Source of the DNA: Azolla caroliniana | Lineage: Eukaryota > Plantae > Polypodiophyta | Reading direction: 5' to 3' | Length of the DNA: 64,000 nt | NCBI GenBank assembly: GCA_043228905.1 | Contig: JBHGNT010000002.1 | Span: forward strand, 24,800,001-24,864,000 | Part shown: one piece after another, positions 1-10,812 of the stretch | How the letters are laid out: each line of letters starts with the position of its first letter | Numbering within the stretch: position 1 is the stretch's first letter | Position numbers and translations under genes: made by a program | Notes under the pieces: model-generated | The model's input: the letters and a program-made list of their open reading frames with translations, nothing else | What the model was told of the DNA's origin: nothing | The model's database searches: none

Positions 1-1220
1 TTGGGCAGAAGCCGATCATGCCGATGGAACGTACGATCTCCTCATGGGCAACCGTGGACTGGAAAGACGAGATGAGCCGGGAGGAACTGTTGGCGGCGCG
101 CATACGACAGCTCGAGCGAAGACCGTAGGATGTGGAGCAGGCTGCGGGAAAGCTTCGGGTGGCAAGGACGAGGAACAAAGCCCGGTTCGACCGAACGCAC
201 CGGCTCCGACCAAAGAAGATCGAGGAAGGCGACTGGGTGTTAGTCTACGACAGCAGCCTCGACAACCAACACCGAGCAACACGGAAGTTCGCAAGAAGGT
301 GGTTCGGGCCTTACGTGGTACAAAGCGCCAACGACAACGGGACGTACCATCTGGCGGAACTCGACGACACGAGAATGGCGATACCGGTAGCTGGGAAGCG
401 GATCAAAGCGTTCAAGAAGCGTCACGACGACGAGCCAGATCCGGTTAACCTAAACCGCGACGACGAACGATCCGAAACCGAGGACGAACCGACGGGCGGG
501 GAATGAAGACTAGACCGGTTTTCTCCGTCCCAACTCAATTGGCGCATGCCGGTGGATGCGCGGTTAGGTGGGGGCGGATGTCGTGAAGAAAACCGTTCAC
601 AAGCGGAATCGGTGCACCGGAGCGTAGGAACCGGCTCTTCATGCACATACACCTTATGTTGTACATAAGAGAGAATTAGGTACATAGAAAATCCTAGGTA
701 GGTAGATTCGGTAGGTAGGAAGTTAATGGGAAACGGCTCCTTTCTTGCCTATAAAAGGAGGGAGACGGGGAGGAGAAAAGGGGGATCACGGTTAGAGAGG
801 ACGAAGTGTTGTCGGGTTGTCGGCCGAAGGCTTCTCTCACTTCCATACTCCGTAGCTTCTTCCTGTGTAGGTTTTCGGGAGGCTCGCGCTGCTCTGAGGA
901 ATGCCCGAGTGCTTCTGGCAGCACCTCCAACCTACTCCTTTCTTTCTGAGCGTTTACGAACAGGCATCGGCATCTGTTCGCCGGCCTGCTCGGTTGTAAC
1001 CGACTTCGTGCTTCTTGTTGTTTGTCCTGGTTAATATATATATACATACATTCGTGTCTCTCTGCGTCGGTGTCCCACTCGCGTCTTTGTGTCGAAGGGC
1101 CGTGTCCCTGTGAATCTACGCTCGCACGTAGTGGGTCTCTTTTCCTTTCTCTCTTGCTCTTCGGTACAGGACCCCCGAGGTCCCGCCTCATTCCACGCAT
1201 CCGCGAGGAATACCTCGACA
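1..1220 (+). mobile_element. Ty3/gypsy element G1, 3' end (integrase C-terminus, PPT, 3' LTR 579-1220)
   Basis: ORF ending at 506 has a gypsy integrase tail (KFARRWFGPYVV...NGTYHLAELD...VAGKRIKAF, GPY/F motif) with no chromodomain. PPT AGGTGGGGGCGGA lies directly before the LTR TGTCGTGAAG...CCTCGACA, which is followed by ACGG and copia coding sequence. Confidence 0.9.
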
Positions 1221-1224
1221 ACGG

Positions 1225-4200
1225 GGTCATGAAGTTCAGCAAAGGGAGCCTGATTGTGGCTCGGGCCCGGAAGGTAAACACGCTGTACCTGATGAATGCC
1301 TGGTTATGTCCGGAAGAAGTGAACGTGGCATCCAACACTGCCGGTGAGCTATGGCACAAGAGGCTATGTCATATGAGCGAGAAGGGGATGAAGAGGCTTG
1401 CAGACGACAACCTCATTCCAGTGAAGAACGTGCACTTAGAGAAGTGCACTGATTGTCTGGCCGGTAAGCAGAACCGGACCTCCTTCCGACCAAGGCCACC
1501 GATGAGACGTAATGCACCACTGGAGTTGGTGCATTCGGATGTGTGTCAAGTAGACACGAAGTCACATGCCGGAGCGCAGTACTTCGTGACGTTCATAGAT
1601 GACCACAACCGGAAGCTGTGGGCCACACCATTGAAGACGAAGGATCAGGTGTTATCCGTCTTCAAAGAGCTCCACGCGAGAGTCGAAAGAGAAACCGGCC
1701 GGAAGCTGAAGGCGGTTCGAGCAGACAACGGAGGAGAATACCGGGGGCAGTTCGAGGAGTACTGCCGCTCGAAGGGAATCCAGCTCGAATTTACCGTGCC
1801 GAAGACGCCGGAACTAAACGGACTGGCCGAGAGGATGAACCAGACCATAATGGAGAGGGTCCGGAGTATGCTAGTGCATGCAAAACTACCCAAGAAGTTT
1901 TGGGCTGAGGCACTGTCGACGACGACATATGTGATAAACAGATCACCCTCAGTACCCTTGGACGGAGACACGCCACAGAGAGTATGGACCGGTAAGGAAG
2001 TGTCCTACCGGCATCTGAGGGTGTTCGGGTGTCTCGCGTACGTGCATGTTGCAAAGGACCGGAGAGGAAAGTTAGATCCAAAGACCCGGCCATGCATATT
2101 CCTCGGTTACGGTGACGATGAGTTCGGCTACCGAGTGTGGAACCCGGTCGACAAGAAGGTATTCCGGAGTTGAGATATTATCTTCATGGAGGACAAGACG
2201 CTCGCCGACTGGGAGTCAGAGAAGAAGATAATGAACTCCGAGTTGACTGGTAAGGATAGACTCTACGATGAGCAGACCCAACCGGCAAGAGACCGGTTAG
2301 CACTCGAGGAACCAGCCGGTTACGGTGAGGATACCGAACCGGCAGAAGAAGAAGTAGAGGAAGGTTAGACCGGAACCGGCCAAGACTCCGAATCGGATTC
2401 GGATGAAGAGCAAATGGAGGAGCTGGTTACCGAAGCCCGAAGACGGAGATATCCTCTAAGAAAGAGAAGGGCCCCCCAGAGATTTCTGGATGCAGAGCAT
2501 GTTCTGCTGTCCGATGAGGGGGAGCCGGAAAGCTTCGAAGAAGTGAAGCAAGACACCCACAGCCGAAAATGGTTAAGTGCCATGCAGGATGAGATGGATT
2601 CCCTGCATGAGAACCATACGTACGAATTGGTGGAGTTGCCGAAAGGAAAGCGGGCACTCCGAAACAAGTGGGTGTACAAGTTGAAACCGGGAGATGCCGG
2701 CAACCCCCCGAGATACAAAGCCAGGATCATGGTGAAGGGGTTCCAGCAGAAGAAGGGCGTGGACTTCGACGAGATATTTACCCCGGTAGTAAAGATGACC
2801 TCCATCCGGATGGTGTTGAGTATAGCAGCAAGCATGGACCTCGAGGTAGAGCAGCTGGACGTGAAGACAACATTCCTTCACGGCGACCTCGAAGAGGAGA
2901 TCTACATGCAGCAACCGGAAGGATTTGTGGAGAAAGGGAAGGAGCACCTGGTATGCCGGTTGAAGAAGAGCCTGTACGGACTGAAGCAGGCTCCCAGGCA
3001 ATGTTTACCGGAAGTTCGACTCCTTCATGACCGATCAAGGGTACCACAAGACGCAGGCCGATCACTGCGTGTTTGTGAAGAAGTTCGAAGGAGGGGACTT
3101 CCTGATACTCCTCCTGTACGTGGATGACATGTTGATCGTCGGACGGGACCAAGTCAAAATACGGATGCTGAAGAAGGCTCTCAACCGAACCTTCTCAATG
3201 AAAGACTTGGGTCCGGCAAGAAAGATGTTGGGGATGCACATCATTCGGGACCGGTTAGAGAAGCAACTATGGGTGTCACGGGAGAAGTATGTAACAAAGG
3301 TGCTTCACCGGTTCAACATGTCAGAAGCGAAACCGGTCGGATCGACACTTCCGGCAAACTGCAGGCTATCCGGCAAACAAAGCCCGAAGACGAAAGCAGA
3401 GAAGGTGGATATGATTAAGATTCCATATGCCTCTGCCGTCGGGAGCTTGATGTACGCTATGGTGTGTACCCGACCAGATATAGGATACGCAGTCGGAGTG
3501 GTGAGCCGGTTCATGAGTAATCCCGGCAAGGACTATTGGAACGCAGTCAAATGGATACTCCGGTACTTGAAGGGCACTTCAAATATGTGTCTCCGATTCG
3601 GCTCCGGAAAACCTCAACTGGACGGTTTCACCGATTCGGACATGTCGGCTGATGTGGATACCAGCCGGTCTACATCCGGGTATGTGATGACATATGCAGG
3701 GGGAGCTGTTTCTTGGCAGTCGAGGCTGCAGAAGACGGTTGCATTGTCAACCACGGAGGCGGAGTACATGGCAGCTGTGGAAGCTGGCAAGGAAATCTTA
3801 TGGATGAAGGACTTCATCGGTGAGCTCGGTATACGGCAAGAGGAATACCGACTCTATTGCGACAGTCAAAGTGCCATCCACCTTGCTAAGAATGCGGCCT
3901 ACCATTCCCGGACGAAGCATATCCAACGGAGGTATCACTGGATCCGGGAAAGAGAAGATGACCAGTAGTTCGCACTGACGAAGATCCACACGGCCGAGAA
4001 CGGGTCAGATATGCTGACCAAAGTGCTGACACCCGACAAGTTGGATGCATGCCGGAAGAGAATCGGACTGGTAAGACACCCCATGCCGGAGTGAAGGGGG
4101 AGTCTGTTCGTCGGCACTGTTCTTCTCCCTTCCCATCCGGTATCGGCCTCAGCCAAAACGGTATGAGGAGTACCCGGCTACGGAGAGCCGGATGATACAG

Positions 4201-4797
4201 ACCCGGTGTGAACCGGATGAGGAGTACTCGGCTACGGAGAGCTGGATGGTGCAGACCCGGTATGAACCGGATGAGGAGAACCTGGCTACGGAGAGCCGGA
4301 TGGTGCAGGCCCGGTATGAACCAGAGGAAGAGACATATTCGTAAATATGTTTCTGAGAGCCCATTGTGGCTATATTTGTAAATAGCCGAAAAGTCATATT
4401 AGTATAAATATGACTTAGGGCAAACTAATATTAGGTTGTTGTTATTTTTCTTGTTGGTGCAAGAAGCAGAGACATCACGTAACGTTGTACAGAGAGAGAG
4501 AGAGAGAAAGAGGTCGTTGCCTCTGTTGTAACCGGCGCCTGTGGCGAAGATCGTGAGTCCGAGGTCGTTGCCTCCGTGAACTCACCGTTTTGTACATTCA
4601 TACATAGTGACAATTTGCAGCCTGTGGGCTGCCGTGGTTTTTTTTTTCCCTAGTTTGGGGTTTTTTTTTCCATGTAAACCTCCTGTGTACTCTTCCTCTC
4701 CTTTGTGTCGTGTTCTATTTCCCATTTTTTTTCTGTGTATCACTCTAAGCTCGGTTGTGGCCGAGCGTTGCGCATAAGGAACGTTGGTTTCCCGTCA
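1225..4797 (+). mobile_element. Ty1/copia element A, 3' half (IN-RT-RNaseH pseudogene to 4094, PPT, 3' LTR 4105-4797)
   Basis: GAG-pre-integrase LWHKRLCH, rve, RT YVDDML and RNaseH TKHI motifs with stops and a frameshift. PPT GAAGGGGGAG overlaps the stop codon. LTR ends CCCGTCA, followed by GATAA (TTATC on the minus strand). Confidence 0.93.
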
Positions 4798-5682
4798 GAT
4801 AATATCTCGACTCCGGAAAACCTTCTTGTCGACCAGATCCCACACTCGGTAGCCGAACTCATCATCGCCGTATCCGAGGCATGTGCAAGGTCGGGACTTT
4901 GGATCCAACTTTGCTCTCCGGTCCTTTGCAACATACACGTAAGTGAGACACCCGAACACCTTAAGATGCTGGTAAGACAATTCCTTACCGGTTCACACTC
5001 TTTGCGGCGTGTCTCCGTCCAAGGGTACTGAGGGTGATCTGTTTATCACGTACGTCGCTGTCGTTAGCACCTCAGCCCAAAATGTCTTGGGTAACTTGGC
5101 ATGTGCATTACGTCTCATCGGTGGCCTTGAGTGGAAGGAGGTCCGGTTTTGTTTACTGACCATGCAGTCGGTGCACTTCTCAAGATGCACGTCTTTCACC
5201 GGAATGAGGTTGTCATCGGCAAGCCTCTTCATCCCCTTCTCGCTCATGTGACACAGTCTCTTGTGCCACAACTCACCAGCAGTGTCACATGCCATGTTCA
5301 CTTCTTTCGGGCATAACCGGGCATTCATCAGGTACAACGTGTTGACTTTCCAGGCCCGAGCCACTATCAGGCTCCCTTTGCTGAATTTCATGACTCTGTT
5401 CTGGATGCTACCCATGTAGCCTTCATCATCCAGCCGACCGGCTAATATCAAGTTCAATCGAACCTCCGGAACATGTCGGACATCCTTCAAGAAAAATTTG
5501 CATCCGGTTGGTGTTGTCAGCCACACGTCTCCTATGCCGACAATTCGGCATGTACCTTCATTCCCCAACCGGACACAGCCTTGCTCACCGGTTGTGTAGG
5601 ATGAGAAGCATTTCTGGTCTGGGGTAAGGTGGAATGACGCTTTGGAATCAACAACCCACGTTGTCTCATCTCCGGCAAGGTT
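4798..5682 (-). pseudogene. Ty1/copia element B, 5'-side fragment (protease, GAG-pre-integrase, integrase with internal deletion)
   Basis: Translation reads WVVDSKASFH...LWHKRLCH...MRRNA|HAKLP...KKVFRSRDII. It continues across the TTATC TSD at 10808 on the opposite strand. Confidence 0.88.
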
Positions 5683-7605
5683 TGACAAGAATACACGCTC
5701 CCTAAGCACAACGCTCGGCCACAACCGAGTCTAGGATCAAACACAGAAAATGGGTAAGGTACGCACGACACAGTGAAGAGAAGACTACACAGGCAAACTA
5801 GGGAAAAACCACGATAGCCCACAGACTGCAAACTATCACTATATCACAATGTACAATAGTAAAGCACCGAGGCAACAACCTCGAGCTTGCTATCTTCGCC
5901 ACAAGCGGCGGTTACAACAGAGGCAACAACCTCTTCCTCTCTCTCTCTCTCTCTGTACACAGTTACGCACTCAAATCTTGCACCAACAAGAATGACAACA
6001 ATTACTATTACTAAGTTTGCCCTAAGTCATATTTATACTAATATGACTTTTCGGTTATTTACAAATATAGCCCCGATGGACTCTCAAAAAACATATTTAC
6101 AAATATGTCCCTTCATCCGGTGAGCGCTTCTCACCGGGCCTTCGCCATCCGGCTCTTGCCGGGTACTCGTCATCCGGTTCTCACTGGGCCTTCAACATCC
6201 GGCTCTTGCCGGGCGCTCGTCATCCAGTTCTCACCAGGCCTTCAACATCCAGCTCTTGCCGAGCGCTCGTCATCCTGTTCTCATCGGGCCTTCAACATCC
6301 GGCTCTTGTCGGGCACTCGTCATTTGGTTCTCACCGAGCTTTCAACATCCGGCTCTTGCCGGGCACTCGTCATCCGGTTCTCACCGGGTCTTCCTTGTCG
6401 GGTACTCGTCATCCGGTTCTCATCGGGTCTTCCTTGCCGGGTACTCGTATCCCATCCGGAGGGATCTGTTTCCTAACAAACTCCCCCTTCACTCCGGCAT
6501 GGGATGTGTTACTAGTTCGATCCGCTTCCGACATGCATCCAGCTTGTCGGGTATCAACACTTTGGTCAGCATATCTGACCCGTTCTCGGCGGTGTGGATC
6601 TTCATCAACGCGAACTCTCGATGTTCTACTTGCTCTCGGATCCAGTGATACCTACGCTGGATATGCTTCGTCCTGGAGTGATATGCTGCGTTCTTAGCAA
6701 GGTGGATGGCACTTTGACTATCGCAATAGAGCCGATATTCATCTTGCCTGATACCGAGCTCTCCGATAAAGTCCTTCATCCATAATATTTCCTTGCCGGC
6801 TTCCACAACCGCCATGTACTCTGCATCCGTGGTTGACAACGCAACCGTCTTCTGCAGCCTCGACTGCCATGAAACAACTCCCCCTCCATATGTCATTACA
6901 TACCCGGATGTAGACCGGCTGGTATCCACATCAGCCGACATATCCGAATCGGTAAAGCCGTCAAGTTGAGGTTTACCGGAGCCGAATCGGAGACACATAT
7001 TCGAAGTGCCCTTCAAGTATCGGAGTATCCATTTGACCGCGTTCTAGTGCTCCTTGCCGGGATTGCTCATAAACCGGCTCACCACTCCAACTGCGTATCC
7101 TATATCCGGTCGGGTACACACCATTGCGTACATTAAGCTCCCGACGGTAGAGGCATATGGAACCTTCATTATATCAGCCTTTTCTGCTTTCGTCTTCGGG
7201 CTTTGCTTACCGGATAATCTGCAGTTTGCTAGGAGTGTCGATCCGATCGGTTTCGCTTCTAACATGTTGAACCGCTTAAGCACCTTTGTCACGTATTTCT
7301 CCAGTGAAAGCCACAATTGCTTTGTTGGCCAGTTCCGGATGATATGCATCCCAAGCATCTATCTTGCTGGACCCAAGTCTTTCATTGCGAAAGTTCGGTT
7401 GAGAGCCTTCTTCACCATTCGTATTCTGGCTTGGTCCCGTCCGACGATCAACATGTCTCCACGTACAGAAGGAGTATCAGGAAGTCGCCTCCTTCAAACT
7501 TCTTCACAAACACGTAGTGATCGGCCTGCGTCTTGTGGTACCCTTCATCGGTCATGAAGGAGTCGAACTTCCGGTACCATTGTCGGGGAGCCTGCTTCAG
7601 TCCGT
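5683..7605 (-). mobile_element. Ty1/copia element C, 3' part (RT-RNaseH remnant, PPT, 3' LTR 5683-6478), nested in B
   Basis: RT/RNaseH ORFs at 6489-7358, PPT at 6481-6490, LTR TGTTAGGAA...CTTGTCA with U3 tandem repeats. Interrupted at 7605 by a gypsy LTR. Confidence 0.9.
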
Positions 7606-7670
7606 TGTCGCGTTGTTAAGCGCGTACGTGTAGAAAGGGGCGGGACCACGGGGGTCTTGGACCGAGGAGG

Positions 7671-7708
<38 letters not shown>

Positions 7709-8190
7709 TTCACCGACACGTAGAAGAGAGAAAGAGAGATATAGAACGTAACACTTAATTATAATGACAAGAGATTACAAACTCCGACAGTTACAACTGA
7801 CAAAGCGGCGACGGACCCGACACGGGGACCCTACTCACGCACACCGACGACAGTCTCACGACTCCAAGAAACAAAAGGGGAAAGGGAGTGACTCTGCTGG
7901 AAGCACACGGGCTATCCACGAAGCAGAGGCAGCGACCTCCCGACACCCGTAGAGAGCGACGATTCGAGTCGAAGTGAGAGCGCCCCTCCTTCCGTTCTGC
8001 AGCCCCCGCTTTTCTTCTTCCTCGCCCACGATACCCATTTTCCCTTGTCCTCCCTTTATTCCATGTCCCTCTCACCGGGATACACACAATCCCCCCCTAA
8101 TAAATGCGTGCGGCTTAGTATTTACATCCACCGGTTCGTGTACAAAATATGACGTCACGCGTCCATCCGTGTAAGGGCCGGTTTACGCGC
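7606..8190 (-). mobile_element. Gypsy LTR G2 (5'-interrupted), inserted in copia C
   Basis: 3' end CCAAGACCCCCGTGGTCCCGCC...AACAACGCGACA matches the G4 LTR end at 38823-38875. Followed by ACGG of the copia RT. Confidence 0.8.
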
Positions 8191-8805
8191 TGTCGAGGTA
8201 TTCCTCGCGGATGCGTGGAATGAGGCGGGGCCTCGGGGGTCTTGTACTGAAGAGCAAGAGACAAAGGAGAAGGGAAGGGACCCACTACGTGTGGGCGTAG
8301 ATTCACAGGGACACGGCCCTTCGACACAAAGACGCGAGTGGGACAGCGACACAGAGAGACACGAATGTATGTATTAACAAAGACAACAACAAGAATACGA
8401 AGTCGGTTACAACCGAACAGGCCAGCGAACAGATGCCGATGCCTGTTCGTAAACACACAGAAAGAAAGGACTAGGTTGGAGGTGTTGCCGGAAGCACTCG
8501 GGCATTCCTCAGAGCAGCGCGAGCCTCCCGAAACCTGCACAGGAGAAGCTATGGAGTTTGGAAGAGAGAGAAGCCTTCGACCGACAGCACGACAGCACTT
8601 CGTCCTCTCTGATTCCGCGATCCCTTCCTCTTCCTCGTCTCCCTCCTTTTATAGGCAAGAAGGGAGTCGTTTCCTATTAACTCCCTACCTACCGAATCTA
8701 CCTACCTAGGATCTTCTATGTACATCATAAGGCGTACGTGCATGAAGAGCCGGTTCCTATGCTCCGGCGCACCGATTCCGTTTGTGGATGGTTTTCTTCA
8801 CGACA
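8191..8805 (-). mobile_element. G1-family gypsy LTR with mismatched flanks (recombinant LTR)
   Basis: Homologous over its full length to 579-1220. Flanked by ACGG (copia A) on its 5' side and GCGC (G2 LTR) on its 3' side. No PBS or PPT is adjacent. Confidence 0.88.
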
Positions 8806-10807
8806 CCGTTCCGGATGCTACCCGTGTAGCCTTCATCATCTAGCCGACCGGCTGATATCAGGTTCAGACGAACCTCCGGAACGTGTCAAACATCCTTTAG
8901 CAGCAACTTGCATCCGGTTGGTATTGACAGCCACACGTCTCCTATGCCGATAATTCGGCATGTACCTTCATTCCCCATCCGGACACAGCCGTGGTCACCA
9001 GCTGAGTAGGATGAGAAGCATTTCCGGTCCGGGGTAAGGTGGAACGACGCTCCGGAGTCTACCACCCAGGTCATCTCGTCGCCGGCAAGGTTTATTTCAC
9101 TCTCCTCGGTGATGAGCATCAACTCTTCTTCGCTTGCCGCGATTGCCGTCGTTCCCTTCCGGTCCAGCCCCCTCCGGTCTTTACTGTTCCGGTCCGGGGT
9201 TTGCTTTGAGTCTGTACCGTTGGTTTCCTTGTCTTTACGGAAATGCCGACAGTTCTTTTGGAAGTGTCCCAGCTTGCCGCAATAGAAGCAAGTAGGCCTC
9301 CCCCTTGACTTTGACCGTGTCCCCGACTTCTCCCGGTTCTAGGGACTACGGTTTCTGTGTCTTCCGCGTTCTAATTCGGTAAGGAGCGCTTTGGAGTCGG
9401 AGCTCGTATCTTTATCCTTCCGACGCGCCTCCTCATCTAGCAAGCTCGACTTTACTCTTGCTAGGGATAACCGCTTTCCTTCCGGCCCGGCGTTGCCCAA
9501 AGTGACAACCAACGTCTCCCAGCTATCCGGGAGGGAACCGAGCAAGAGTAGCGCTAGTACCTCGTCGGCAAGAGGTACTTCCAATGACGTTGCCTGGTGG
9601 GTCAGCCCTTGGAAGGCATTCATGTGCTCCGCCATGCTGGAGCCATCTTGGTACCGGAGTCTTACTAGCTTCCGGAATACCGAAACCTGGTTAACAGCAT
9701 TTTTGTTTTGGAACATTATGCCGATCTTCTCCCAGAGCTCATGAGCCTTGCTCTCTTCATTGAAGTTGTTGTACAGGCTCATGTCGATGAAGCACCGTAT
9801 GTACGCCGTTGTCTTCATGTGCATCACCTCCCATATCGTGGCGTCGATTTTGTCCAGTCTCTTGTCCCCGAACTGAACCGGCAGCCAGAGGTCTTTAACA
9901 ACGAGCACGTCCCTCATCTTCGACTTCCACACTGAATAGTTGGAGCCGGTGAGCTTGAACATGCCGCCAAACGATTCGTCCATTTTCTGTGTCGATTTTG
10001 CTCTAATACCAATTGACGGGAAACCAACGTTCCTTATGCGCAACGCTCGACAACAACCGAGCTTAGAGTGATACACAGAAAAAAAAAATGGGAAATAGAA
10101 CACGACACAAAGGAGAGGAAGAGTACACAGGAGGTTTACGTGGAAAAAAAAACCCCAAACTAGGGAAAAAAAAACCACGGCAGCCCACAGGCTGCAAACT
10201 GTCACTATGTATGAATGTACAAAACGGTGAGTTCACGGAGGCAACGACCTCGGACTCACGATCTTCGCCACAGGCGGCGGTTACAACAGAGGCAGTGACC
10301 TCTTTCTCTCTCTCTCTCTCTCTGTACAACGTTACGTGATGTCTCTGCTTCTTGCACCAACAAGAAAAATAACAACAACCTAATATTAGTTTGCCCTAAG
10401 TCATATTTATAATAATATGACTTTTCGGCTATTTACAAATATAGCCACAATGGGCTCTCAGAAACATATTTACGAATATGTCTCTTCCTCCGGTTCATAC
10501 CGGGCCTGCACCATCCGGCTCTCCGTAGCCGGGTACTCCTCATCCGGTTCATACCGGGTCTACACCATCCGGCTCTCCGTAGCCGAGTACTCCTCATCCG
10601 GTTCACACCGGGTCTGTATCATCCGGCTCTCCGTAGCCGGGTACTCCTCATACCGTTTCGGCTGAGGCCGATACTGGATGGGAAGGGAGAAGAACAGTGC
10701 CGACGAACAGACTCCCCCTTCACTCCGGCATGGGGTGTCTTACCAGTCCGATTCTCTTCCGGCACTGTTCTTCTCCCTTCCCATCCGGAGGGACCTGTCT
10801 CCCAACA
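8806..10807 (-). mobile_element. Ty1/copia element A, 5' half (5' LTR 10014-10807, PBS, gag from 9983, zinc knuckle, protease)
   Basis: LTR 10014-10709 is nearly identical to 4105-4797. PBS TGGTATTAGAGC (tRNA-Met type) at 10000-10011, gag MDESFGGMFKL, protease WVVDSGASFH. TTATC lies at 10808-10812. Confidence 0.92.
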
Positions 10808-10812
10808 TTATC

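Noticed and set aside
1022-2173. 383-aa ORF running from the gypsy LTR into copia integrase as a chimeric gene
   Set aside because: It has a non-ATG start, is a chance in-frame junction at an insertion site, and ends at a premature stop.
6125-6450. Regularly spaced repeats resembling a CRISPR array
   Set aside because: They are tandem units without unique spacers inside a copia U3, in a eukaryotic context with no cas genes.
8796-8810. Copia target sequence (ACGG TGTCATGAAG) resembles the gypsy LTR start (TGTCGTGAAG), suggesting homology-guided insertion
   Set aside because: It is seen at only one of five sites and is treated as coincidence.
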